64,000 nt of DNA. It comes from the human T2T-CHM13v2.0 reference genome, Homo sapiens. The position numbers and the translations under genes are program-made. The DNA lies in the NCBI RefSeq assembly GCF_009914755.1, contig NC_060933.1; one strand, 5' to 3'. This document shows, one piece after another, positions 1 through 17,620 of this stretch (position 1 is its first letter; the number at the start of each line of letters is the position of its first letter). The notes below the pieces were generated by a model. The model saw only the letters and a program-made list of their open reading frames with translations. It had not been told where the DNA came from and ran no database searches.

Positions 1-110
1 TGAATAGAGCTTTCATAATCTCAATAAATGATAATGGCTATTATTGTTACTATTAACAAAACTGTGTTAACTTTGCTAGGTATTTTCTCAGAACCTTCTA
101 GACTATCTCA

Positions 111-410
<300 letters not shown>

Positions 411-551
411 TAGACTATCTCATTTTTTAAATCACCACAGTGTACCAAACATGAGGATAATGCAACAGAACTGGCTTCATTCTGCTTATAATACTATAAT
501 TAGGGTGAGAATGTTCCACAACATACAATTTAAATCGAATAATCAATTCTC

Positions 552-695
552 AGCCCAGACATGGTGGCTCATGCCTGTAATCCCAACACTTTGGGAGGCA
601 GAGATGGGCGGATTGCTTGAGCACAGGAGTTCAAGACTAGCCTAGGCAACATGGCAAAACCCCATCTCTACAAAAAAATACAAAAATTAGCTGGC
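552..695 (+). mobile_element. Alu left monomer (FLAM/AluJ-like)
   Basis: tggtggctcatgcctgtaatccc...tacaaaaaaatacaaaa with no right arm. Confidence 0.8.
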
Positions 696-1129
696 CGTAA
701 GACCCTCATCTCTTAAAAACAAAATAAAGGCACTTTTGCCATTCACAAAGCTATGAGGTAGATTCTATTATTCTTCATGTTCTATAAATCAGTAAACTTC
801 GGCACAAACTTGCCCAAGGCCACGCAACTAGTAAGAGGTGGAGTCAGGATAGCCTGGCTCCAGAATCCTGCTCCCAATCACTACAATATGCTGTCTCACA
901 TTTCCAGCTTAAGCTCACTTCATCTTAATCTTCTTACTCCACTCCTTACACACAAGTCTAGGTATGGGTATACAGAGACTTATCAGTTCATTCAATAAGC
1001 ATGACTACATACTACACGCTGAGGGTTAGGCGTATAAAGTGCTAAGTCATAGTCCCTATTCCCAAGAGGCTTACAGTCAAGCAAGGGGTTAAAGACAAGT
1101 ATACAAATGGCCACAATAAAGAACAGGCC

Positions 1130-2068
<939 letters not shown>

Positions 2069-2419
2069 ACAATGTACTATGGAGACACAAAGAAAAAATA
2101 TCTAAATGAGACTGGCTACTCAGACAAGGCTTCACAGAAGAGACTAAGATCACAATAATGGAAGAAGTCATTTCCAACTTAGCCACCTTAATAGTTAAAA
2201 AAAAGAGAGAGAGCTGGCAATTAAACCATCTATAATCCTGGCTCCCTGATCAGAAACTTCAGAAGTTTCAGAAATGCTTAAAACAAAAACATCAGGCCAT
2301 GTGTGAGTTATTGCAGAAGCAAAGAAAAGATAACTACCCTTTGCAGTGGAGGAAGCCAAGGGAATGGCAGAAGTTGAGAGAGGGTGCATAGGAGAGGCTG
2401 AAAGCAAACAATCTTCGGA

Positions 2420-2630
2420 CTGCCTGGCTTCAAACCTGGACCTGGCATTCGTGGTGGGACCTTGAGAAAGTAACAACTTCTGTGTCTATTTCCTCATCTG
2501 TAAATGGAAGTAAGTTCAGTGCCTACCTCATAGGATTGTTGTGAGGACTGAATGAATTAATACATGTTATGTGCTTCAGTGCCTGACCCATGGTAAGCAC
2601 CATTACAACTCTTTACTATTATTATTGCTA
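2420..2630 (+). mobile_element. MIR
   Basis: Core ttcctcatctgtaaatgg...cctacctcataggattgttgtgagga. Confidence 0.8.
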
Positions 2631-2953
2631 TTATTCCCTGGTCTAAGATGAATCTTCAAAGATGAGAAATTGGAAGGTTCAAAGAGGGGGTAAAAGGCAA
2701 CATTCGAGGTAGAAGACACAGCATCGGACAAGGCACTGAAGCAAGAAACAGCAGAACAACATGTATTTAGTAACTAAAATTACACAGAGTTCAAAGTTGC
2801 TGACTAGCATTACAGAGAGACTTCCTCAAAACAGAAGACTAGTTATAAAGCTGTGAAGATAGCCCAGAGATGATGAAATCTGAAGGCAGTGAAAGATGGT
2901 TGCACGAATTCAAGAAACAGTCACAAAATATTTAAGAGATAAAAACTGGTAGA

Positions 2954-3315
<362 letters not shown>

Positions 3316-4019
3316 TTATGGCTTGCATGATAGTGCCAACAAATAAAACCATAAACTCAAAAGCAGAAACAGATTATCAGGTAGTGGGGAGATGAGGAGT
3401 TATGTTTCAGACACAATGAGCGGGCTTCAGATGTCTATGGATTACCCAAATAGAGATCCATCAAAACACAAACCTGAGAGCCCAGGAGAAAGGTCTGAGC
3501 AAACTTGGGAGACATCAACATGTAAGTGACAGGTAAATCCATAGATGTGAATTTTGCCCAGGGAGAATATGTAAGAAGAACAGTAACCTAGGGATAAAAC
3601 CAAGGAACAGCAATAGTTAAAGGGTAGCCTGAAGGAAAAACAAAAAACAGAAGCTGGAAAAAAAAAAAGTCAATCTTTGGCTAGATCCTGAAGTTAGCTA
3701 TCCATGCTGTGTAAACTCATGAATTTATAAGCTATTACTTTCTTCACTTTCCCCTCACCTCGCATTTCCTAGTAAGAAGTTCACTGCTGGACTGTAAAGT
3801 CCTTGAGAGGAAAGGGCATTTGACTTCCTATCACTAATGCCCAATATATATGCCTGGTACCCACATGCTTGTAGAATGAACCTGGCTGAACAGAGAAAAA
3901 TGGATCATTTCCCACCTATTTAAACAAAAGTCTTGTGGAATTCCTAGAGCCTAGGGCTGCTTCCAGCCCAGAGCAGAGAAATACAGAACCTGAGGAGAAT
4001 AGAAGCAGAAAGGAGGCTG

Positions 4020-4648
4020 ACCTTATGCATTGTTGGAGGAAATGTAAAATAATGCAGCTGCTTTGAAAAACAGCCTGGCAGTTTCTCAAAATGTTAAACA
4101 GAGCGTTACCATATGACCCAGCAACTCCACTCCTAGGAATATACCCAAGAGAACTAAAAACATATGTTCACACGAAAATTTGTATACAAATGTTCACAGT
4201 AGTATTCATAATAACCAAAAGGTAGAAATAACCCAAATGTCCATCAACTGATGAACAGATAAACAAAATGTGGTACAGACATACAATGGAATATTATTTG
4301 GCAATAAAAAGGAATGAAGTACTGATCCATGCTACAACACAGATGAACCTTGAAAATTATTACATTACATCAAAGGCCACAAACTGTCAATTCTTTGTAT
4401 ATGAAAGGTTTGGAACAGGCAAATCCATAGAGACAGAAAGTAGATTAATGGTTGCCAGCAGCAGGAGGAGGAAAAGTGGAGTGACTATTAATGAATATGA
4501 GATTTCTTTCTGAGGTGACAAAAATGTTCTGGAATTAGTTAATAGTGACAGTTATACAACTTTGTGAATATCCTAAGAGTCATTAAATTGTACATTTTAG
4601 AGGCGTGAATTTTATGGTATGCGAATTATATCTCAATTTTTAAAAAAG
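4020..4648 (+). mobile_element. Old L1 (L1MB/L1M-type) 3' end
   Basis: ccatatgacccagcaactccactcctagg, aaatgtccatcaactgatgaa, ggcaaatccatagagacagaaagtagatta, A-rich end. Confidence 0.85.
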
Positions 4649-5091
4649 AAAGGGGATAGAAACACAGGAAGGCTAGAATCCATGCTACATCCTAGATTTT
4701 TTCTAATTCAGGTGATTCCAAAACAAGGATACCAACAAAGTACCTAATAAGCAGAATTGGCAACAGTAACCATAAAAATTTTTAAACAATCTGTAATATA
4801 AGTTGATTACATCAAATAGACATCAAATTCCTCATGCAAAAATGGCAGTTTCCAAGTCTTCTCTTCTGGGGAAAAAGAGAACTGTCATATACCTTCGTGA
4901 CCTGTGTAAAGGTAACTAACCTACATTTCTAGTTGAAGGAGGTTAATCCTAGTACCAGAAATCCCATCAGAACTTCTGGCTTTGCTGAAGCAAACCCTCA
5001 CACACTGGAGCAGTTTCTCCTACCAGAGCACGACACAACATTCTAATCCACACCAGGGGATCCGCATGAGAAGCCCCTTATAATATTTTTA

Positions 5092-5400
<309 letters not shown>

Positions 5401-5431
<31 letters not shown>

Positions 5432-5813
5432 TACATGTATATATACACACACATATACACATATATACACACATATATACACATACACACACATATATAC
5501 ACATATACACACACATATATACATATACACACACATATATACATACACACACATATATACACGTATATACACACACATACACATATATACACACATATAT
5601 ACACATATACACACACATATACACGTATACATACACACACATATACACGTATATATACACGTATATATACACGTATATATACACATATATACACGTATAT
5701 ACACATATATACACGTATATATACACATATATACACGTATATACACATATATACACGTATATATATACACACATATATATACACACACATATACACACAC
5801 ACACATATATATA

Positions 5814-5857
<44 letters not shown>
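5401..5857. repeat. Compound (TA)n/(CA)n/(TACACG) microsatellite, about 457 nt
   Basis: Read directly; purines and pyrimidines alternate throughout. Confidence 0.97.
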
Positions 5858-5858
<1 letters not shown>

Positions 5859-5860
5859 TT

Positions 5861-6314
<454 letters not shown>

Positions 6315-7577
6315 GTTTTAAGAAAATTACGGCTATAAAACAAATGCAGTTCTTCATAACTGTAGGGAAAAAGGACTTAAGCACACATGCATTTACTACA
6401 ATTTGAATGCCAATACCAATACGATCAAAAGAAGCTAAACTACTACCTCAGTGGGAATGGTGCTCTTAACATTGTTCTGAAACTCCTAATTTCCTTAACT
6501 AAAAAAAGGCAGAAAAGTATGCATAATGCAAATTACAAACACTACAGAGAAAATGTATGGAAATCGTTTTCCCCGCCCCCTCTCCCAAAAGAATGTTAGA
6601 CACACTTTATAGAAACCGTGCTTACTCCAAATAGCTCACCAAGTGAAGGTTACTGTGAAATACTTCAAATTCCATAAGCCCCTCAGTACTGCAAAGACTG
6701 TGGGAAGGGAATGTTCCAAGCACAGACTAATGGACAGAAGGTACAAATGAAATAAGCCCTGATGCATGACTATCTAAGGAAGTCTAAACTGAAGACTCAA
6801 TATATTTGTTCTGAAGTTATTAACCAAGCTTCAGTTTCTTAAATACATTCAAAACATTTAGCATATTCTTATAAGTCCCAAGTATAAATGACAGAGGTCT
6901 GTCATTGAAGATAATTAAAATAATTTATTTTGCCTAGTTTAGGATAGATAAATCTCTGTCATAGTTCAGACTTAAGTTTTTGTATTTTGAATTTTTTATA
7001 CCAACAATGTGAATTCTTATTGTGTTTGTTGACTGTGTTAACAATAATACAAGTTATACCAACTTGGAATTTTTATTTTAATTTTGGGGATGTGTCCGTA
7101 TTTTAACTCAGCAACTTTAATCCAGTGATCAAAGCTTCATTCGCTTGTAAACTGTTTCTCAGGTAAACTGAATTGCCCCATACCAGCATCTTAAGCAAAT
7201 AAATAAGTACAAAACAGGCAGAGATTATAAATTAGAGCAGACAAATCTGTATCTCACCCCACGCCGGTAAAGAGCATTCTATCAATATAGTGAAATGCTA
7301 ATCTCCTAATTAACAACCTAATTAGGTAATTATGGCTTTGCAGAGGGATGCCGAAATGAAATATGACAACATGGTCACCTCTTTATATGGCACCTGTGGG
7401 CCTTTTCAGCTGTCATTGCAAAGAGTGCAATATCAATTTGAACAGATGACAAAGTGCTGTCATTTTTCATTCTGATAATATACAGAATGCTTTGGACAGA
7501 AGTAGTTTACAAAAGAAACATCTTGCCTGATATTTTCCTAATTTAAATATGCTCAAATACTTCGGTAAATTTTTTGC

Positions 7578-7643
7578 ATTGTACATAAGAGAATCAGTAT
7601 GCACATTTTTATATTGTACATAAGAGAATCAGTATGCGCATTT
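7578..7643. repeat. 35-bp tandem duplication (attgtacataagagaatcagtatgcRcattt)
   Basis: Two copies starting at 7578 and 7613, with one substitution. Confidence 0.92.
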
Positions 7644-7695
7644 GAAAAAAACAAACCTAACTGGCCATCATGCTTAACTGTACAAGCTGAAACTA

Positions 7696-7990
<295 letters not shown>

Positions 7991-8182
7991 AAACTATTTC
8001 AATTATAAAGTATATGATAATTAGAAAAGAGTAAAAGGCAACAATTCATCATATTTTAACACTCATATTTTTACTAACTACTGCTATCAGAAAAACTGAA
8101 ATCCAAACAAACGTGATCTTCAATCTTCTTCTCACAAAATAAAATAAGTGAGACAGACATTCACATTTGTTAAAATAAATTA

Positions 8183-8850
<668 letters not shown>

Positions 8851-9299
8851 CACATAATTTTCCATACCAAAAAATCACTTCCCAAATACGTAAGCATTCA
8901 ACTCACTATCTCTATCTACCAAAGGCCAACCTCAACTCCACAGAGATAGGAGTGGACTCCCTCTGAAAGTAAAGACGGAGCTGTCACAGGCCTACTCGTT
9001 GTCCCTGTGGCCACTGAAGAGGTGATGGTAGCACCGGGATAATGATACCACCAATACGAATACAACTCTTCTTCCAGAATACTGTCTTAAATAGGACTTT
9101 TGGGGGAAAAGAAGGCTTTCCTGGGAATAGTAACATCATTTATGTCAGGACATATGAAACCATGTTCTAAGTGCAAAATAAAAGAGGTGAAAACTAACTT
9201 GAAAATACAATCCATTTACAACTTCACAATCACCTGCATTAGTGAAAACTATTGGTTAAAATGATGGTCACTGACTCTACTCATATTTGTTAATATCAA

Positions 9300-9860
9300 T
9301 TTTAAACTATGATTTATTTTTAAATAATTTGTTTATCAAAGAACATTTCTAAAACTGAGAAAAATATCAAGTCTTATAATCTCACCACCTATTTCTTTTC
9401 TTTGCATACATGTTTGACATAATTGGGACCATACTTTATAGAGTGTCATATCCTTTTTTCACTTATTATATGGTTAGCATATTAGTATGTCACTAAAATT
9501 CTTCTGAAACATCTAAGATGACTGTATATTATTTCCATTCTATGAATTTTCCATGATTTCTCTAATTTTTATTGAACATTAAGGTTCTAATTTTTGCTAA
9601 ATACTGCTGCAGTGAACATCTTTGAACACGAATATCTTTCGACATCTCTGATTTCTTTAATAAAGATTCCTAGAAATGGAATTACAAGCTCAAAAGGCAT
9701 GCATAACTTTTTTTAAAAGCTTGTTAATAAATACTGCCAAAGTGCTTTCCAGAAAAGTTTTACTCATTTACATTCCCACTATCAATATGAGTAACCATCT
9801 TACCATCTTACCACCAATCTTTATTATCAATGAGTATTAGTATTTTCATCAAATCCTTAA
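9300..9860 (-). mobile_element. Old L1M fragment
   Basis: gctgcagtgaacatcttt, attcctagaaatggaatt, tactgccaaagtgctttccagaaaag, tttacattcccac. Confidence 0.75.
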
Positions 9861-10129
9861 GCTTCATATCATAACACTATACCTATAATCAAACACTCTC
9901 ACAATATAATCAATAATAACTTTCTGTAAACATTAAGTTTAAATGAAGGCAAAGGGCCATAATTAATGACAGTCCCAAGACAGGGCCAGTCCCAATATCC
10001 AAATCCAGAGCAGCATGGAAAAGTGACCCCCAACTCCAAAAAAAAAGTAATAGTGCTTTTCAGTACTCTGAGTCAAAACAAAGGTCAAGTCCTAGTTTTG
10101 CTACTCACGCATGCGCGTTCTCGCTCTCT

Positions 10130-10645
<516 letters not shown>

Positions 10646-10984
10646 TAAGCTTCAGTTTCGGCATTTGTAAAATGGGGACGGGGATAACATAATATCCCTT
10701 TTCTAACAAAGAGCAGTTACAGGCACAAAAAAGATAATATAAACACTTGGAAGTGTTTCTTGTTACTCAGCAGATCAATTCACATAATAGCTTAAAAACA
10801 GCATCCTAAAGTCCTTCTCTCAATACAGTATGTAGGTGCACTAATTTACAAAACACAACAGAAATTAACAAATTTCATGATCCAGACATGAAAATGAGTC
10901 TCACTCTTTTATGACCACTCCATCAAATCATTGCTTATTACATCATATTAACATCCTGAATGTCTTATGCCCTGAATGCCATTA

Positions 10985-11915
<931 letters not shown>

Positions 11916-12189
11916 GACCTGCATCTCTCCAGAAGCACTACAGTACTTACAAGGTACTTACATATATTGTTTCATTTAGTCCTCACTAAGGACTATGTGA
12001 GATTGGCATTACTGTCCCCATTTTGCAGACTGTCCAGCTTACAGACTGACAAAGCCAATAATCAAATCCAAGCGGGTCTGCCCAAAGCCCCATGTCACAC
12101 TGCTTAAAATTCAAGTCTGCACTTCAGTTCTTCGTTAGTCTCCTTTATGTCAGTAACTAAGGTTCAGATTAAATACTCGCTTTATTTTC

Positions 12190-12389
12190 AAAAGAAAACC
12201 ATTCCTTCAAACAATTTTCTACCAATTTCTCTGCTGAAATGGTACTTATTTATAACACAGTACCTTAAAATGAGTCCATAAGGAACTGGAAAATGTTATT
12301 TTTTTTGAAGTTTTACACATTCAGTACACTTTGCATCAATAATAAAAGTATATTCATAAAAGTATACTCACGTATAGGATATTAAGAAT
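12190..12389 (+). repeat. About 200-bp local direct repeat, copy 1
   Basis: Matches 13115-13309 with about 10 substitutions and 2 small indels by eye. Confidence 0.95.
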
Positions 12390-13114
12390 CTAACACTGCT
12401 TATATTTAGGCATAAATGTGACATAATATTCCACTTATTTCACAAGCAATTACTATAACTTAATTCCAATAGTTATTCTAATACCTTCTTGTTCTTTCTA
12501 GAGTTTCGGGTTTGTTTTTTAAGTGGTTTCTCCCATTTTTCTCACTTTCAATTACATAAAACTGTATTCTACTTTCAGTCCAAATTTTGTGTTGCCTATA
12601 TTAAATCCATTTCCCCAATATATCTAGACTGCTGCCAACTAGAGTTAATAAATTTTGAATGACTGCTCAGGATTTATTCCCTTTATTTTTATATTCTGTT
12701 ATTTCCTTATACAATAGAGTATGAATGAAAACAAGTATCTACAAGACCAGTATTTCTTCAATTTTCACCTTGTGAAAGCTGGGTATTAAAATAAAAATAA
12801 ATTAAACTCTTGGGCTGGGAACTCCCTGACCATATTTCTCTCACTGTGCTGGGTGTCTCTACGCCCCCTTTCAATCTTGAGTACATATAGTCAATAGGCA
12901 CTGCATGCACTGGGGGAGCACCTGGCCCATCAAGGGCCTTTCCCAGAGGAAGTAATGAATAAAGAACAGATGAAGAGCTGAGTAGTGGTTCCTGACCTGC
13001 CAGCAAGAGAGGAGGGGCAGCATTTTAGATTTGAGTCATCTCCACTGGAGTCTGCCAGTAATCAGTTGTGTGACTTTAAGCATATCAATTAGAAACAGAA
13101 AGCTTGGCATCCCG

Positions 13115-13309
13115 AAAAGAAAACCATTCCTTCAATTTTCTACCAATTTCTCTGCTGAAATGGTACTTATTTGTAACACAGTACCTTAAAATGAGTCCGC
13201 AGGGAACTGGAAAATGTTATTTTTTTGAAGTTTTACACATTCAGTATACTTTGCATCAGTAATAAAAGTATATTAGTAAAAGTATACTCAAGTATAGGAT
13301 ATTACGAAT
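13115..13309 (+). repeat. About 200-bp local direct repeat, copy 2
   Basis: Matches 12190-12389. Confidence 0.95.
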
Positions 13310-13403
13310 TGAATTTCAGCAAGACTTGAATTTTACTCCTCATTATTTATCCAAAAAGGAAAAAAGATCCGAGGATTTGTAAGTGACGTGACCAAACTCC
13401 AAA

Positions 13404-13561
13404 GGCTGTTAGCGGTATCCGCATATTCAGGATGCAAATCACTCTCTAGTCAACTGCACTTGCTACTAAACTGTGATTCACTGGCTGTTAGTGGTATCCG
13501 CATATTCAGGATGCAACACCCTCTCTAGTCAACTGCTCTTTCCACTAAACTGTGATTCACT
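13404..13561. repeat. 79-bp tandem duplication (ggctgttagYggtatccgcatattcaggatgcaa...tgtgattcact)
   Basis: Copies start at 13404 and 13483. Confidence 0.93.
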
Positions 13562-14079
13562 GGGTGCCGATTTCTTCATCTCAAGAGGTGATGATTACCC
13601 CCTTTGTAATACTACCTATCTCATAGGACTATGAAGACTAAAGAAAATAAGGTATACAAGAGCATTTAACAAATTTACCATACCACTTCATACTATTGTG
13701 GAGAGGGCCAAGAGACAAGAAATCTGGTAGCATTTAAAGTGCTAAGAGCACAAAATAGAAGTGTTATAAGGTCATCTCACCAGCCAGATCTATACTTTAG
13801 CTTGATTATACAATAAAAGCATTGACCTTGCCACTCTCCAAAACTATCAGCGCAAGCTACAATGCCCCCTCACACTGGCAATTTACCATGAGATTTCTAA
13901 TCAATAATCAAAACATTGTATTGTATACTTCCTGCTCTGAACAACAGGTACCAAAATTTCAGCAGCCAGGTAGGTTGGAGTTCACAATCAGGCAGCCTAG
14001 AATTACACTCAGCCCACAAATATGTTTTGATCAACATAATTTTTAATGGCAAATTTTTAAACTAAATACATTAAAATCC

Positions 14080-15005
<926 letters not shown>

Positions 15006-15009
15006 AATA

Positions 15010-15140
15010 AATTAAAATCCAGATTTCCAGCATCTTTTCCAAAAAGTGTCAAAAGATCCAAGGACACTGGGCCCACTTCCTCACATGGCAACAAGCAAGT
15101 GGAGCTGAGCAGCAACTGCTCCCTTTAGTTTGGGCCCGTG
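15010..15140. mobile_element. hAT-type MER (MER102-like) fragment; a related fragment lies at about 30250-30480
   Basis: aaatccagatttccagc...cactgggccc...catggcaacaa...ggagctgagcagc, matched to the consensus from memory. Confidence 0.5.
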
Positions 15141-15453
15141 CTCTCCAGTTCATCAAGGCCCAGCCTACTCATCCTAGTACATAACAGGCATCGGACTTGG
15201 AGACCACTGAGGAAGATGCTCAAACAGAACAATAATAATAATTTAATGAAGATTTGTTTACTCTTTTTTGGCCAGTTTTTTGTGGCTCTATCACACATTA
15301 GCTCTGTGACTCTTAAGTAACATATTTAACCACTAAGCCTCTTAAATTTAACACAAGCTGAAATATGCTGACTTCTGAGTCAAAAAACTTCACAAAAACT
15401 TCGAACTCACAGAAACAAGTCAGGGCACCTCCCATAGGGAAAAAACGTAATGT

Positions 15454-15750
15454 GGCCACGAATGGTGGCTCACGCCTGTAATCCCAGCACTTTGAGAGCC
15501 CGAGGCAGGCAGATCACTTGAGGTCAGGAGTTTGAGACCAGCCTGGCCAACACAGCAAAACCCCGTTTCTACTAAAAACACAAAAATTGGCCAGGCGTGG
15601 TGGCACCTGCCTATAGTCCCAGCTACTTGGGAGGCTGAGGCACGAGAATCTCTTGAACCCAGGAGGCAGAGGTTGCAGTCAGCCAAGATCATGCCACTGC
15701 ACTCCACCCTGGGTGATAGAGCAAGACTGTCTCAAAAAAAAAAAAAAAAA
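15454..15750 (+). mobile_element. AluS with TSD aacgt-like
   Basis: Alu consensus. Confidence 0.9.
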
Positions 15751-16124
15751 CAAGTAACGTGACAGAAGTCCTTGTCATATAATAATTTGACATCTACAAC
15801 TGCGTCCGTAACAGTAAGGCCTATACATCAGAATAACAGATTGCCAGCAAATTATCTTAGGCTGAATCATATAAATCCACTCAACTGCAAAAGTTTCTGA
15901 AGTCTTCAGGTATAAGTCAATAAGCAAAACAAGCTCCCCCACCAAAAAAGAAAAACATTTAAAGTAACAGATAAGGCTATGAGCTCCTTTAGTGCAAAGG
16001 CCACTTCCATTCCTCGTGATCCCTCCTGTCTCACAATGACTGGCACACTGAAGCTACAGCTCAAGGGCAAGTTTCTCTCTGAAGCCTTTCCAGAGGGTCC
16101 GCATCCACATCACAAAGAACAAGC

Positions 16125-17620
16125 AACATGGTGTAGTAATGAAGAGTGCCGATCTCAGTGTTCAGCAGATAATCCCCTCTATCTTACAGCTCTACCAGCA
16201 GCATAAACTCAAGGAAGTTATTCAAGGTCTCTGTGCCCCAGTTTCCTCATCTGTAAAATCAGGATGCTAATAACACCTTCTCACACGAGAAAAAAATGAG
16301 ATAAAGCATTTAACATCACACCAGCAGAGTAAGTACTCATTACCTACCATCATCAGTGTTTCCTTCTCAGTGTTCTATGGTACCTCCTGGGGACTTCTAC
16401 CTTAGAACCCACAGTACTTTATTATAGTTCACCTGCACACACACAGACATCTCCTCTACTAGAATGTCAATAACCTCAGGATAGGGACCCAATTTTACTT
16501 CTTTTTGTATCCCCAAGGTCTAACATTTTGCTTGGCACTGCTGAAATGAATCGTAGATCCTCGAAGTATTTATTAACTGGAAAAGTTATTAGCAGAAACT
16601 GGAATTTACCTCCCTTGCCTGGTACTCAAGCCCTCACTGACTCTGACCCCTACCGCCCCTCCAACTTTACGTCCTTGTACCCTGCTAAAAGAAGCAATGA
16701 CTTGCATGACTCAGGCTGTAAACTCACTCACCAGTCTAAAACCATGCCTCAAGCATTATACCTTTGTATCTTATAGCTATTTATTTCGGGGGACTTTACC
16801 ACGTACCAGGCCCTTTATCCCCATTAGTTCAATAAATATTCACAACACTCCATGTGGTCAATATTATTCCCTAACCCAACCCCTAGTTGAAGAAAGTGAT
16901 GCTTGGAGTTATGTGTCGAAGGTCACATATCCTGTAAGAACAGGGACCAGGAATTGAATCCAGAGTCCATGCCTATTTTCTATAGACTGTCTTCTCTGCT
17001 CATATTCAAAGCTGAGCTAACTAACCTACCTGCCATCTCCTTGCCTTGGAAGAGCACAGTCTTTACATTTAAAAGATTTCTGTACCATTCATTTTAACAT
17101 TCATATGTTTTGTCCTATATAACTTTTGGTTTCAATATGTACTTGCATAAAAAGAGGGAGATGATGTGAGAAAAAGGCAAGACATGTAATGGAAAAAGCA
17201 CAGATTTAGGCATCAGACAGACCTGGGTTTGAATCCTGGCTCTGTCTCCTACCAGCTGTGTAATTTATTATGGGTCTTCCTAATCTGTAAATTGAGGTTA
17301 AAATGATTAAACAATAGAAACCCCTATATAATACCCAAATACTCAAAGTTTAGTTTACCTCAAATTATGAAGCATTACCTGGCCACATCCCATCCCTCAA
17401 AGGTGAATAACCCATTCCCCTCCCGCACCTACCACTGTCACAAGAACTCTCACACAATGTACTTATCACGGTGTTAGAATTATTCATTTCCCTTATCTCT
17501 CTTTCACTAAATTGAGCTCCCTGGCAGCAAAGACTGAATCTTATATTTATCTCTAATTGCCTAGCATGGTACCTGGCATATATATACATATCCATATTCA
17601 GTAAACATTTGCTAAGTTAA
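16125..17620. mobile_element. Cluster of MIR and L2 3'-end fragments
   Basis: cagtttcctcatctgtaaaat (about 16240), cagacctgggtttgaatcctggctct (about 17220), cctagcatggtacctggcata (about 17560). Confidence 0.65.

Noticed and set aside
10105-10118. NRF1-like ACGCATGCGC
   Set aside because: One mismatch, isolated next to a microsatellite and outside any CpG island.
13404-13561. Repeat-spacer or CRISPR-like interpretation of the 79-bp and 35-bp repeats
   Set aside because: Only two abutting copies with no unique spacers and no cas genes, in a human context.
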